Below, in pieces: positions 42,906-53,118 of a stretch of 64,000 nucleotides of DNA. The notes beneath the pieces are model-generated. The model searched no databases and had not been told where the DNA came from. It saw only the letters and a program-made list of their open reading frames with translations. Within the stretch, counting starts at the first letter, position 1; every line of letters starts with the position of its first letter. This stretch comes from an uncultured Gemmatimonadales bacterium (GTDB taxonomy: Bacteria > Gemmatimonadota > Gemmatimonadetes > Gemmatimonadales > GWC2-71-9), in the NCBI GenBank assembly GCA_963844035.1, contig CAWJMT010000037.1, positions 1 to 64,000 on the forward strand, given 5' to 3'. A program made the position numbers and the translations under genes.

Positions 42906-44595
42906 ATGCCCACCCAGCGGGGTGCTGCGCGCACCCTGATCCCAGCACTCCGTTGGCTGCGCAGCTACTCCGGAGAGTGGCTGCGGGCCGATGTCACGGC
43001 CGGCCTGACCGCCTCGGCGGTCGTGATCCCCAAAGCCATGGCCTATGCCGCCATCGCCGGCCTGCCGCTGCAGGTCGGGTTGTACACGGCGTTCGTTCCG
43101 ATGGTGATCTACGCGCTGCTCGGCACGTCGCGCGCGCTCAGCGTCAGCACCACCACGACCATCGCGATTCTGGTGGGGAGCCAACTCAGGGAGATGGCGC
43201 CCGGTGCGAGCGCCGCAGACCTGATCGTGCCGGCGGCCACGCTGGCGCTGCTCGTCGGGGCGATGCTGGTCGTCGCGTCGGTGTTGCGGTTCGGCTTCAT
43301 CGCGAACTTCATCTCCGAGCCCGTGTTGGTCGGATTCAAAGCGGCGATCGCGCTCGTGATCACCGTAGATCAAGTCCCGAAGCTGCTGGGATTTCACATC
43401 ACCAAAGCGGGATTCTTCCGCGACCTCTGGTCGGTCATCCAACACGTACCGGAGACCTCATTCGCCACCGTCATGCTGGCCGTCGCGCTGTTCGTCTTGC
43501 TGTTCGGGGTGGAGCGGTTCCTCCCGCGGGCGCCGGCGCCGCTCGTGGCACTGGGCGCTGCGATCGCGGCGTCGAGCCTGTTGGGTCTGGCGCAGCTCGG
43601 GGTGGAAACCGTGGGCACGGTCCCGAGCGGACTCCCCGGGTTCACCCGGCCGAGCGTTGACCTGCTCGTGCAGCTGTGGCCGGCGGCCGCCGGTATCGCG
43701 CTGATGAGCTTCACCGAGACGATCGCCGCCGCGCGGGCGTTCCGGGCGCCCGGCGAGCCGCCGCTCGTTCCCAATCAGGAGCTGCTCGCCGTGGGGCTCG
43801 CGAATGTGGGCGGCGGCCTGTTCGGCGCCATGCCGGCCGGCGGCGGCACGTCGCAGACCGCTGTCAACCGGAGGGCCGGCGCCCGCACCCAGATGGCCGA
43901 GCTTGTCACCGCCGCGATGGCGGTGGCCACGCTCATGTTCCTGGCGCCCGTGATCGCGCTGCTGCCGCAGGCGGCGCTCGCCGCCGTCGTTGTCGCGTAC
44001 TCGGTCGAGCTGTTCAAGCCGGAGGAGTTTCGCGAAATCCGCCGGGTGCGGCGGGCCGGAGTTCCGCTGGGCTGCGATCGCGGTCCTCGGCGTCCTGCTG
44101 CTCGGCACGCTGAAGGGGATCATCGTCGCGGTCATCGCGTCGCTCCTGTCGCTCGCCTACGACGCGTACAACCCGCCGGTGTACGCCGTCGGCCGCAAGC
44201 GCGGGACCAACGTGTTTCGCCCGCTCTCGAGCGAGCACCCGGATGATGAGACCTGGCCGGGCTTGTTGATCGTGCGAATGGAAGGCCGGATCTTCTTCGC
44301 CAACGCGCAACGGGCGGGCGACCAGATGTGGCCCCTCATCGAGCAGGCCCGGCCGTCGGTGGTGGTACTCGATTGCAGTGCCATCCTCGATATCGAGTAC
44401 ACGGCGCTCAAGATGTTGTCGGAGGGCGAGGCGACCCTGCGCGCCGAGAGCGTCACCCTCTGGCTTGCCGGCCTGAACCCCGGTGTGCTTGCCGTGGTGC
44501 GGAATTCCCGCCTGGGCGAGGTCCTCGGCAACGAGCGCCTGTTCTTTACCTTGGAATCCGCCTTGGAGCGCTACCAGCAGAGGCCCCGCGTGTGA
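42906..44595 (+). CDS. SulP family anion transporter with STAS domain; frameshift near 44055
   Basis: ADVTAG, PKAMAYA, GLY, NQELLA, IFFANA, LDCSAI. Confidence 0.92.
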
Positions 44596-44728
44596 CCTAG
44601 GGCACACCCGGCATCTGCCGATTGGGCAGACGTGGGGAATTACGCCCGCCACGTGACGCCAGGTGTGTTGCTCCAGCCGCCTCTTACTACATTGGGTGCG
44701 CCCCGACCACCCTTTTGGAGGCGTAGAT

Positions 44729-45622
44729 ATGCGCGTCACACCGTTCCTTCTTGCCCTGGCTGCCGCCGTCGCTGCCCGGCCCGCCCTGGCCCAGTCCGAA
44801 CGGCAGCTCCGAGGCTACTTCGAAGGCAAGAACGTCATGGTCAAGCTCGACATGCCCGGCACCGAGGCGGGCATCGACGTGCGTCCTGACATGCCCCATC
44901 CGATCGCCTATCCCGATCTCGCCAAGCGCCTCAAGACCTACGGGACGTCCCTTCACCGTGGCGACCAGGCGACCGTGACCAAGGTCAAGGTCAAGAACGA
45001 CCTGATCGAGTTCCAGCTGGGCGGCGGCGGATACGGCACGTTCGGTGACGACGCGAGCCCGAACATCAATATCCCGCTGACACCCAAGAGCGTGCGGGAG
45101 AAGAACCTCGAGCAGGATCTCCAGAATACCAGCGATCCCGCGCTGCGCCGTAGGCTTCAAGAGGAGCTCGACGGGTTGCGGCGCTCCCGCCAGCGGGAAG
45201 ACTCCCGCAACCAGGCGCGCGCCGCCGAAGCGCGACAGATCAAGGAGGCGAACATCCGGCAGCGGCGCGCCGAGGGGGGATCGCGCTTCAACATACGGTT
45301 CCGGGACGGCGTGCCCCCTGAGATGCTCACACCCGACGGCTTGATGCGGGTGCTGGCGGAGTACGTCGACTTTGCGCCGGCTGAAGGTGGCCCCCCCGTG
45401 CAGAACGCGGGCTTTGATGAGCCGGCCGGCGGCGACCTGCGCAAGGGGCTCACCGTCGAGGAGGTCGACGCCATTATGGGTCGCCCCGAGTCCATTGGAC
45501 AGCGGCGCGAGGGCACGCTCAACGTCAGCACGTCCACGTACCGCATGCCGGGACGCACCGTCATGGCGGAGTTCGTCGAGGGAGTGTTGATCCGCTACAC
45601 GATTTCGTCGAGCTCGCGCTAG
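44729..45622 (+). CDS. Hypothetical secreted protein
   Basis: GGAGG RBS, signal peptide, coiled-coil segment, and a C-terminal GLT..EV..IMGRP (SmpA-like) pattern. Confidence 0.75.
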   Translation: MRVTPFLLALAAAVAARPALAQSERQLRGYFEGKNVMVKLDMPGTEAGIDVRPDMPHPIAYPDLAKRLKTYGTSLHRGDQATVTKVKVKNDLIEFQLGGGGYGTFGDDASPNINIPLTPKSVREKNLEQDLQNTSDPALRRRLQEELDGLRRSRQREDSRNQARAAEARQIKEANIRQRRAEGGSRFNIRFRDGVPPEMLTPDGLMRVLAEYVDFAPAEGGPPVQNAGFDEPAGGDLRKGLTVEEVDAIMGRPESIGQRREGTLNVSTSTYRMPGRTVMAEFVEGVLIRYTISSSSR

Positions 45623-45639
45623 CTCACCCAGCGTCTGAG

Positions 45640-45678
45640 GATCCCGGGCGGAGCGCTCCGCCCGGGATCTTTCTTTTC
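45640..45678 (+). terminator. Rho-independent terminator
   Basis: Perfect inverted repeat GATCCCGGGCGGAGC/GCTCCGCCCGGGATC followed by TTTCTTTT. Confidence 0.85.
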
Positions 45679-45690
45679 CCGTCGATGGAC

Positions 45691-45732
45691 TTGACGAAAT
45701 GGCTGCGGTCTCGTATATAACCAATAGGTTAT
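45691..45732 (+). promoter_or_regulatory. Promoter TTGACG-17-TATATA with palindromic operator ATAACC-aata-GGTTAT (probable ArsR autoregulatory site)
   Basis: The palindrome at 45717-45732 overlaps both the -10 box and the start codon. Confidence 0.75.
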
Positions 45733-46081
45733 GCAAAGCCGTCGCCTCGATGCCACCTTCGCCGCACTCGCCGATCCCACGCGGCGCGCTATCCTTGCCC
45801 GGCTCGCCTTGGGCCAGGCGTCGGTGATGGATCTGGCCGCGCCATTCGCGATGAGCCAGCCCGCGATCTCGAAGCATCTGAAAGTGCTGGAGCGGGCAGG
45901 GTTGATTTCGCGCCGTCGCGACGCGCAGCGGAGGCCGCGCCGGTTGGAGCCGCGGCCGCTGGCCGACGCCACCGACTGGCTGGAACGCTACCGCCAGCTG
46001 TGGGAGGGGAACTACAAGCGTCTCGACGCCGTACTCGAAGTGCTCAAGACCAAGAGGACCACGCCAGGAGACCGCCGATGA
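45731..46081 (+). CDS. ArsR/SmtB family transcriptional regulator
   Basis: FAALADPTRRAIL and MSQPAISKHLKVLERAGLI. Confidence 0.93.
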   Translation: MQSRRLDATFAALADPTRRAILARLALGQASVMDLAAPFAMSQPAISKHLKVLERAGLISRRRDAQRRPRRLEPRPLADATDWLERYRQLWEGNYKRLDAVLEVLKTKRTTPGDRR

Positions 46082-46959
46082 CCACGACCGGAACACTGCA
46101 GGTCACGACGCCGACGGATCGCGAGATCGTGATGACGCGCGTCTTCGATGCGCCCCGCACGCTCGTGTTCGAGGCCTTTACGGTACCCGCGCTGCTCAAG
46201 CAGTGGTTGCTGGGACCGCCCGGGTGGTCGATGCCGGTGTGCGAGGTCGACCTGCGGGTGGGGGGCAAGTACCGCTACGAATGGCGGAACGACGGCGATG
46301 GCACCACGATGGGGATGGGCGGCGTGTATCGCGAAGTCGTGGCGCCGCAGCGGATCGTCTGCACCGAGCGGTTCGACGAAGCGTGGTACCCGGGCGAGGG
46401 CCTCGGGACGCTGGTCCTGGTGGAGCAGGGTGGGAAGACGACCGCGACGCAGACCATGCGCTACGAATCGCGCGAAGCGCGCGACGCCGCCATCAAGACC
46501 GGCATGGAGAAGGGCGTGGCCGCGAGCTATGACCGGCTCGAGGGTCTGCTGGTGCCGCCGCGCCGTCCGCTGCGCAGCATTGCGGCGGTACTCGCGGGAT
46601 TCATGTCGGTGGTGATTCTCTCGCTCGCTACCGATCAAGTGCTGCATGTCCTCAAGGTGTATCCGCCGTGGGGCCAGCCGATGTTCGAGCCGGGCCTGAA
46701 CTTGCTGGCGCTGAGCTATCGCATGGTGTACTCCGTGCTCGGGAGCTACATCGCCGCACGGCTGGCTCCCCGCTATCCGATGTGGCACGCCGTGATCCTC
46801 GGGGTCATCGGGCTCCCGCCGGGCGTGGCCGGCGTGGTCGTGGCCTTCAAGACGAACCTGGGCCCGGCCTGGTATCCCATCGCGCTGGTGCTTGCGACGT
46901 TGCCGTGTGCGTGGTTGGGCGGTGTTCTCTACCGCATGAAACATCAAGGAGCACGCTGA
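46078..46959 (+). CDS. SRPBCC/AHA1-family protein fused to a four-TM membrane domain
   Basis: [17 protein letters not shown]...DLRVGG...YDRL continues in frame into hydrophobic helices. Confidence 0.82.
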   Translation: MTTTGTLQVTTPTDREIVMTRVFDAPRTLVFEAFTVPALLKQWLLGPPGWSMPVCEVDLRVGGKYRYEWRNDGDGTTMGMGGVYREVVAPQRIVCTERFDEAWYPGEGLGTLVLVEQGGKTTATQTMRYESREARDAAIKTGMEKGVAASYDRLEGLLVPPRRPLRSIAAVLAGFMSVVILSLATDQVLHVLKVYPPWGQPMFEPGLNLLALSYRMVYSVLGSYIAARLAPRYPMWHAVILGVIGLPPGVAGVVVAFKTNLGPAWYPIALVLATLPCAWLGGVLYRMKHQGAR

Positions 46960-47433
46960 TGCAAAAGATCACGCCGTTCCTGTGGTTCGATGGCCAAGCC
47001 GAAGAGGCGATGAATTTCTACGTGTCGATCTTCAAGAATTCCAAGGTGGTGCGGGTGAGTCGTTACGGAGACGCCGGGCCGGGGCCCAAGGGGAGTGTCA
47101 TGTCCGCGACGTTCCAGCTCGAGGGCCAGGACTTCTACGCCCTGAACGGCGGGCCCGCAATACAAGTTCACGCCGGCGATTTCGCTGTTCGTGAACTGTG
47201 AGACGCAGCAAGAGGTCGACGAGCTGTGGGCCAAGCTGTCGGCGGGCGGCCGCATCGACCGCTGCGGCTGGCTGCAGGACAAGTACGGCTTGTCCTGGCA
47301 GATCATTCCTTCGGTCCTCGGCAAGCTGCTTGGGGACAAGGATCCCGCCAAGGCAGGGCGGGTGATGCAGGCGATGCTGGGAATGCAAAAGATCGATATC
47401 AAAGGTCTGCAGCAGGCCTACGACAGGGGGTAG
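46959..47433 (+). CDS. VOC/PhnB family protein; frameshift near 47165
   Basis: [36 protein letters not shown]. Confidence 0.92.
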
Positions 47434-47614
47434 GCAGGTCGGCCCGCTATGGGGGGCCGTTGCACGGCGCGACGAGCGACCAGCCGGCCGCGGCTTCCCC
47501 CCTCCGTGACTATCCCCAAAACCGCTGTTCCGCGACTATGTTATGCGACGGGCTTGTCCTCGCGCCTAGCCCTCCTCGGGGTCCGACACCGCAATCGTTT
47601 GGGGGAACCACATC

Positions 47615-48398
47615 GTGCTTGGTTCACGCTCGCTGGCTGCGCCGCTGCGGCCCGCTCTCATCGCTGCGCTCGTCGGTGTCGTCCCCGCGGTGGCCGCCGC
47701 GCAGGCCCACTGGAAAGTGGATCCGAAAACGAGCCTCGTGTGGTGGCAGATGAGCCCGCATCTGAATCATTTGTGGGGCACGACCTGTCCTGAGGACCGC
47801 TCCTGGCGGCCGGGCGAAAACCGCAGCCCCGGCTGGCGCATCAATCCCCGGCTCAGGCTCCCCGAGTCCGGGTTTGCCGCTGTCGACGACACGGTGAACG
47901 TTCCCCTCTTCCCGCGGGACGAAGTCGAGGCGGTATGCGCGGAGCAGGTCGCCGGCGAGGTGAACCTGCCCGACACGGTGACGTACCGGGGCGCCACCGG
48001 ATCGATCAGGGTGAAGGCCGAGGGCCTCGTGTCGGGCCAACAGATGCGGGACATGCTCATGCATCAGGTGCTCGAGATCCAGTCGTTTCCGGAGCTCACG
48101 TTCAGGCTGGACAGTGTGGTGGGTCTGCGGCAGGAAACGGACGCGCTGGTCGGCAGTGCCCTCGGACATTCTCACCATTCGCGGGGTGCAGGAGCCGATC
48201 GTCGCTTCCCTGCGAGTGTTCCCGGACGCGGCCGGGATGCGCGTGCTGGCCAGGTGGCGCATGACGGCCGATACGTTGTCCCACAAGTTCATTCCCAAGA
48301 TCCGCATCTTCGGCCTCGGTAGTAACACCGCCATCTGGCACGATTTCTTCATGGGCGCCGACCTCATCTTTGTTAAGGATGAGGCCGGGGCGCACTGA
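47615..48398 (+). CDS. Secreted YceI-like hypothetical protein; frameshift near 48165
   Basis: Signal peptide; WKVDPKTS, SGQQMRD, FPELTF, LTIRGV. Confidence 0.6.
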
Positions 48399-48473
48399 AG
48401 ACGCCGTCCGCTGGCCCTCGACATGAGAGCCGGAGGGTCATATGCTTGTCACCACCTCTTGCCCCCTGGACCG

Positions 48474-48824
48474 ATGCTGCGAGCGTTAGTCGCCGGACTT
48501 CTCATCGCCACCATGACGGCGTGCACCAGCTGGTCGCAGGTCTCGATGTCTCCCGTCAACTACATCCGCAGCCACGACCCCCCGGCGGTCTGGTTGGAGC
48601 TCGAGGACGGCTCGACGATGATTCTCGGGCGGCCGCGCGTCATGGGGGACACCCTGCGGGGCATCGCCTCGGGTGTGTACCGCAACGTGCCGCTCAGCCA
48701 CGTGACGAAGTTCAAGGCGCAGGAGCCTTCGAAAACGAAAACGGGTCTGCTGATCGCTGGCGGGGTCCTGTTTGCCGCCGGCATCGTCTGGGTGGCCACG
48801 TCGTCCGACCATACCACGCCGTAG
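48474..48824 (+). CDS. Hypothetical lipoprotein
   Basis: Lipobox MTAC and a C-terminal hydrophobic helix. Confidence 0.7.
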   Translation: MLRALVAGLLIATMTACTSWSQVSMSPVNYIRSHDPPAVWLELEDGSTMILGRPRVMGDTLRGIASGVYRNVPLSHVTKFKAQEPSKTKTGLLIAGGVLFAAGIVWVATSSDHTTP

Positions 48825-48848
48825 CGCCAACGGCGGGCCGGACGTAAG

Positions 48849-48884
48849 ACAGCCCCGCATCCGACTGGATGCGGGGCTGTTTCG
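48849..48884. terminator. Terminator hairpin between convergent genes
   Basis: 14-bp perfect stem ACAGCCCCGCATCC-gact-GGATGCGGGGCTGT. Confidence 0.8.
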
Positions 48885-48962
48885 CCTTTGGGCGTCTACT
48901 GATGGGTTGGCCGGTGTGCGCCTGACTGTTGCACCCGTGCTACACCCTCACTCCCCCGGAGA

Positions 48963-49304
48963 TCAGGAGGCGCCGTTCAAGACGCCGTTGCCGTTGCCGT
49001 TGCCGTTCCCGTTGCCGTTGCCGTTCAGCTTGGAACGGCCACCCGTGACGGCCAGCCAGCGCTTACGCATGGCGATCAGGTCATCGAGCTGGCTCCGCAA
49101 GCTGGCGATCTCGGAGTCCAAGTTCGCCAGACGCCAATCGATATACTGCTCCGCCTGCTCCGGCGACCAGTCGGTGGAGCCGATCGACAGCGACTGCTCC
49201 GGCACCTGCACCCTGTGGCTCCCACTTGGTCTTTCATGGTTCGAGGCCTCCAGCGCTTCGACCACTTCGTTCCTGGGCCCGAACACGCCTAATTTCTTCA
49301 CCAT
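48963..49304 (-). CDS. Small hypothetical protein with a coiled coil and an (NG)n tail
   Basis: GGAGG RBS; LANLDSEIASLRSQLDDL; NGNGNGNGNGNGNG. Confidence 0.65.
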   Translation of the reverse strand: MVKKLGVFGPRNEVVEALEASNHERPSGSHRVQVPEQSLSIGSTDWSPEQAEQYIDWRLANLDSEIASLRSQLDDLIAMRKRWLAVTGGRSKLNGNGNGNGNGNGNGVLNGAS

Positions 49305-49391
49305 ACAAGTCCTCCCCCGGCCGTGGATTTGAGTTGCGATCCGCGCCGTGCTCACGCACTGTCGCGGTCGACTGGGCGCACCCAGCACCTT

Positions 49392-49407
49392 CGCAAGAGG
49401 TGCGCCA
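49392..49407 (-). promoter_or_regulatory. Candidate sigma54 promoter TGGCGC-N5-TTGCG
   Basis: Correct -24/-12 spacing about 90 bp upstream of ATG 49304. Confidence 0.5.
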
Positions 49408-49586
49408 CCGGGTCCCGCCAGCCAAGTCACGATTCTGCATGCGTTTGGTCCGGCACGTCCTGGCACGCTCGCTGATTGCCCGTGACGGCACGCTGCAGGC
49501 AGTGCTTCAGATCGCCTGAGGCATCGTGGTAGCGAACCCTGCAACTGGCCTGCACCTTGATGCCACCCGCCCAACGAGGAGCACCG

Positions 49587-50210
49587 ATGACCGTCCCGTC
49601 CGACTTTCCCGCATCACTCGAGATCGACTACCCGGACCGCGACCTGGACCGGTTCACCACGCTGTTCCGGCCGTTCGCCGTCATTCCCATTGCGATCGTG
49701 CTCGGTCTGGTCAGCGGGTCCACGGTGCGCGTCGAGGGCGACAAGTACCTGTTCGGCACGGGAGGAGTCGTGTTCTGCGCGACCCTGCTCATGCTCGTGT
49801 TCCGCCAGAAGTACCCGCGCTGGTGGTTCGACTGGCACCTGGGAGTGACGCAGTTCGGCACGCGCGTGTCCGCCTATATGGCGTTGTTGCGGGACGAGTA
49901 TCCGGCGACCGATGACGAGCAAGCTGTCCATGTGACGATCCGCTATCCGGATGCGGCGCGCGACCTGAACCGCTGGCTGCCGCTCGTCAAGTGGATCCTG
50001 GCCGTCCCGCACTACATCGTGCTCACGTTTCTGGCGATCGCCGCGGTCTTCTGCGTGATCGTCGCCTGGTTCGCCATCCTGTTCACCGGCCGCTATCCGC
50101 GTTCGTTGTTCGACTTCGTGGTCGGTGTGATGCGCTGGTCGCTCCGGGTGAGCGCCTACGCATTCCTGCTCACGACCGATCGCTATCCGCCGTTCAGTGT
50201 GGCGGCGTGA
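49587..50210 (+). CDS. DUF4389 domain membrane protein
   Basis: Duplicated KYPRWWFD/RYPRSLFD and LRDEYP/TDRYPPF motifs. Confidence 0.88.
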   Translation: MTVPSDFPASLEIDYPDRDLDRFTTLFRPFAVIPIAIVLGLVSGSTVRVEGDKYLFGTGGVVFCATLLMLVFRQKYPRWWFDWHLGVTQFGTRVSAYMALLRDEYPATDDEQAVHVTIRYPDAARDLNRWLPLVKWILAVPHYIVLTFLAIAAVFCVIVAWFAILFTGRYPRSLFDFVVGVMRWSLRVSAYAFLLTTDRYPPFSVAA

Positions 50211-50267
50211 CGCACCGGCGGCACGGGCCGTCGTCCGCCGGCCGCGCCCGGGTACCTTCCAGGCACC

Positions 50268-50606
50268 ATGAAAACACACAGCGCAAAGCGCAAAGGCAAA
50301 CGGCTCCAGGCGACCGTCAGGACAGCGATCCTGGAGCGGTTCCCCGAGTTGGCGGGCGATGATGTCCGGGTCGCCGTCCGGTCGGAGCCGGGCACCGATA
50401 TCAAGCTGTCACCCCAGGCCCGCAGCGTGTTCCCGTACTCCGTGGAGTGCAAGAACGTCGAGCGGCTGAATATCTGGGAGGCGCTGGCGCAGGCACACCG
50501 CAACACGCAGGACGCCACCGCCGCATTGCTGGTGTTCAGTCGCAACCGGACGGAGCCGTACGTCGCGTTGCCGCTCACCGAGTTCATGAAGCTGCTCCGG
50601 AAGTGA
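50268..50606 (+). CDS. Phage-type PD-(D/E)XK nuclease / Holliday-junction-resolvase-like protein
   Basis: SAKRKGKRLQ, GTDI, FPYSVECKN, LLVFSRNR. Confidence 0.75.
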   Translation: MKTHSAKRKGKRLQATVRTAILERFPELAGDDVRVAVRSEPGTDIKLSPQARSVFPYSVECKNVERLNIWEALAQAHRNTQDATAALLVFSRNRTEPYVALPLTEFMKLLRK

Positions 50607-50635
50607 GGGTAGCCGCTCTCCGCCGGCTCGTTCCC

Positions 50636-51316
50636 ATGCGGCGCGCGGCGATCCTGATCGGCTGGATCCTCCTCGCGGGGTTGGTTGCCTGGTCCGCCGA
50701 CCTGCATCACTACATCGTCCGCGCCGCCGAGCTGCTCGAGCCGCTGGTGGCACGCGACCCGACGGCCGGCGCCTTGCTGTTTGTCGCGCTGGCGGCCCTG
50801 TCCGCGGTGCTCGTCTTCTTCTCCGGCGTGCTGCTGGTGCCGTTCGGCATCCAGGTGTGGGGAGAGTGGGGCTGTTTCCTGCTCTTGTGGATCGGCTGGT
50901 TTCTGGGCGGCGTCCTGACGTACGCGATCGGGCGCGGCTTCGGCTGGCCGATCGTGCGCTGGTTGCTCTCCCCGCGCGTCGCCGCCGAATACAAGACGCG
51001 GATACCGACGTCGCAGTCCTTTGTGCCCGTCCTGCTGGCGCAGCTGGCGCTCCCGTCGGAAGCTGTGGGCTACGTGTGCGGGTTGCTCCGGATCCCCCTG
51101 CTCACGTATGCGGGCGCGCTCGCGATCGCGGAGCTTCCGTATGCGCTGGGCACTGTGATTCTCGGGAATGCCTTCTATCGGCGGGAGTACGTGATGCTGC
51201 TGTCCCTCGCTGTTGCTGGTCTCCTGGTGTTCGGCTGGGTGCGGTGGCGGCAACCGAAGTCACGCCGCCGCTCTAGGGCCGGGGCAGCGCGGCGTCGCCC
51301 ACATTCTTTGCCGTGA
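50636..51316 (+). CDS. VTT-domain (TVP38/TMEM64, DedA superfamily) membrane protein; 3' end uncertain
   Basis: GGVLTYAIGR, ALPSEAVGYVCG, multiple TM helices. Confidence 0.8.
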   Translation: MRRAAILIGWILLAGLVAWSADLHHYIVRAAELLEPLVARDPTAGALLFVALAALSAVLVFFSGVLLVPFGIQVWGEWGCFLLLWIGWFLGGVLTYAIGRGFGWPIVRWLLSPRVAAEYKTRIPTSQSFVPVLLAQLALPSEAVGYVCGLLRIPLLTYAGALAIAELPYALGTVILGNAFYRREYVMLLSLAVAGLLVFGWVRWRQPKSRRRSRAGAARRRPHSLP

Positions 51317-52943
51317 CGTAGAAGCGCTCATCCACCCGAAACTCATCGCGCCGCTTCAGGTCCAGCTGGGCCGTCTGCCACGCCTCGGTGGGATGGATGA
51401 CGGTGTAGGGTTGCCGCTTCGTGAGGGTCACCCGCACCGGCATATCGAACCCCGGGACGACGTTGCTCCAGCGGTACGTCAGGGTCTTGCCGGCGATCTT
51501 GTACTCCAGGGTCGGGACCAAGGTGGTTGTGAGATACTGTGCGAACACGGTGCGCAAATCCACGCCCGCCTGCGTGCTGATGTAGTCCTCGACCTGACGC
51601 CCCGTCACCGTCTGGTGACGAAATGACTGGTTCAGGCCGCGTAGGATGCTCCGCCAGGTCGAGTCGTTGTCCACGACCTGGCGGATGGTGAGCAGCATGT
51701 TGGAACCCTTGTAGTAGCGGTCCTGCGACTTGGGCGTGTGGTTCACTCCGTACTGGCCCACGATCGGGACGTCGTTCTTGATACGTCCCCGCAGGCCCAC
51801 CAGATAGCGCTCACCGGCCTCCCGTCCCTGCTGGCACTCGGTGTACAGGCCCTCGGCGTACATCGCGAAGCTCTCGTGCAGCCACATCTCGGTGTGATCT
51901 TTGGCGCTGATGTTGTTCCCCCACCATTCGTGCGCGCTCTCGTGCACGATGATGAAGTCCCATTGCATGCCGAGGCCGGTGCCCGACAAGTCCTTGCCGC
52001 GGTACCCCTGCAGGTAGCGGTTGCCGTACGCGATGCCGCTTTGATGCTCCATACCCAGGTACGAGGTCTCGATCAGCTTGTAGCCGTCCTCGTACCACGG
52101 ATAGGGACCGAACCAGCGCTCGAAGCAGGCGAGCATCGCTGGCACCTGCCGGAATTGGATTGCGGCGGTATCGCGGTGGTAGGAGAGAGGCCAGAAATCG
52201 AGCGTCAACGGTCCCCGCTCACCCTGATAGGTGTCGCTCAGGTGGACGTAGTGCGCCGCCGCGTTGATCGCGATGTCGTAGCTGTTGATCGGTGCGCCGA
52301 CGAACCACTCGAAGGTGGACGTGCTGTCGCCGTTGGACGTGGTGCCCCGCAGGCGCCCGTTCGATACCGCGATCATCGGATCGGGTACCGTGATCGCGAT
52401 CCGCTGGCTGTCGGGCTCGTCCGCCGGATAGTCCTTGAGCGGCCACCAGGTGCTGGCGCCGATCGCTTCATCCGATGTCGCCACCCAGGGCGCGCCGAGG
52501 CTGTCGACGGCCCAGATGAACGGACTGGCGCTCGCCGAGTCCTCCGCCCGGTACGCACCGTGATAGAAGACGGTGAGGGTACGCCGCTCACCTGCCCGCT
52601 GCGGCGCCTCGAGCGCCACAAAAAAGGCGTTCCCGTCGCGGGTGAACCGGAGGTGCTCCCCGTCCTGGACGACGCTGTCGATGTCGAGCGGGGGTTGCAG
52701 GTCGATCTGCATGTCCTGCAGCGGCGCGAGGACGTCGTACGTGATGGCGTTGGAGCCGCGGACGGCGCTGTCCGCCGGGCTCACAGCGGCCTGCAGGTCG
52801 TAGTAGGTGACGTTCCACCAGGCGCGCTGCGGCGTGTTGGAGCCCCGCAGCGTGTCGGCCCGGGTGAACGTTTGCCGCTCTTGCGCCAGGCTCGCGACGC
52901 CCGGGAACAGCACCAGGACGAGGATCAGAAGGGCGGTGCGCAT
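51273..52943 (-). CDS. M1 family metalloaminopeptidase, secreted
   Basis: LGMEHQ, HESAHEWWGN...WLHE (HEXXH-X18-E), YYKG. Confidence 0.93.
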   Translation of the reverse strand: MRTALLILVLVLFPGVASLAQERQTFTRADTLRGSNTPQRAWWNVTYYDLQAAVSPADSAVRGSNAITYDVLAPLQDMQIDLQPPLDIDSVVQDGEHLRFTRDGNAFFVALEAPQRAGERRTLTVFYHGAYRAEDSASASPFIWAVDSLGAPWVATSDEAIGASTWWPLKDYPADEPDSQRIAITVPDPMIAVSNGRLRGTTSNGDSTSTFEWFVGAPINSYDIAINAAAHYVHLSDTYQGERGPLTLDFWPLSYHRDTAAIQFRQVPAMLACFERWFGPYPWYEDGYKLIETSYLGMEHQSGIAYGNRYLQGYRGKDLSGTGLGMQWDFIIVHESAHEWWGNNISAKDHTEMWLHESFAMYAEGLYTECQQGREAGERYLVGLRGRIKNDVPIVGQYGVNHTPKSQDRYYKGSNMLLTIRQVVDNDSTWRSILRGLNQSFRHQTVTGRQVEDYISTQAGVDLRTVFAQYLTTTLVPTLEYKIAGKTLTYRWSNVVPGFDMPVRVTLTKRQPYTVIHPTEAWQTAQLDLKRRDEFRVDERFYVTAKNVGDAALPRP

Positions 52944-52998
52944 CGAGAATGAAAGCTACATCCGCCATTCCGGGCGCAACTGTGTTACATTTACCGGC

Positions 52999-53117
52999 GC
53001 TGGGAGCGGTTCGTCACCTTCGGCGGACCGAGGCGTTACCCAATCGGCCCCCCAGCAGGCAGTGACCACGACCAATGGGAGCGTATTTCCTCGTGCAGCG
53101 CTCAAAGTTCGCGGGAG
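52999..53117 (+). ncRNA. Candidate cis-regulatory RNA (riboswitch-like leader) of the nad operon
   Basis: Follows -10 TACATT (52986-52991). Stems pair 52999-53004/53051-53056, 53007-53015/53022-53030 and 53079-53083/53099-53103. Confidence 0.4.
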
Positions 53118-53118
53118 T

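Noticed and set aside
53095..53115. NadQ/NrtR-type operator before nadB
   Set aside because: Only a GCTCA half-site; no convincing palindrome.
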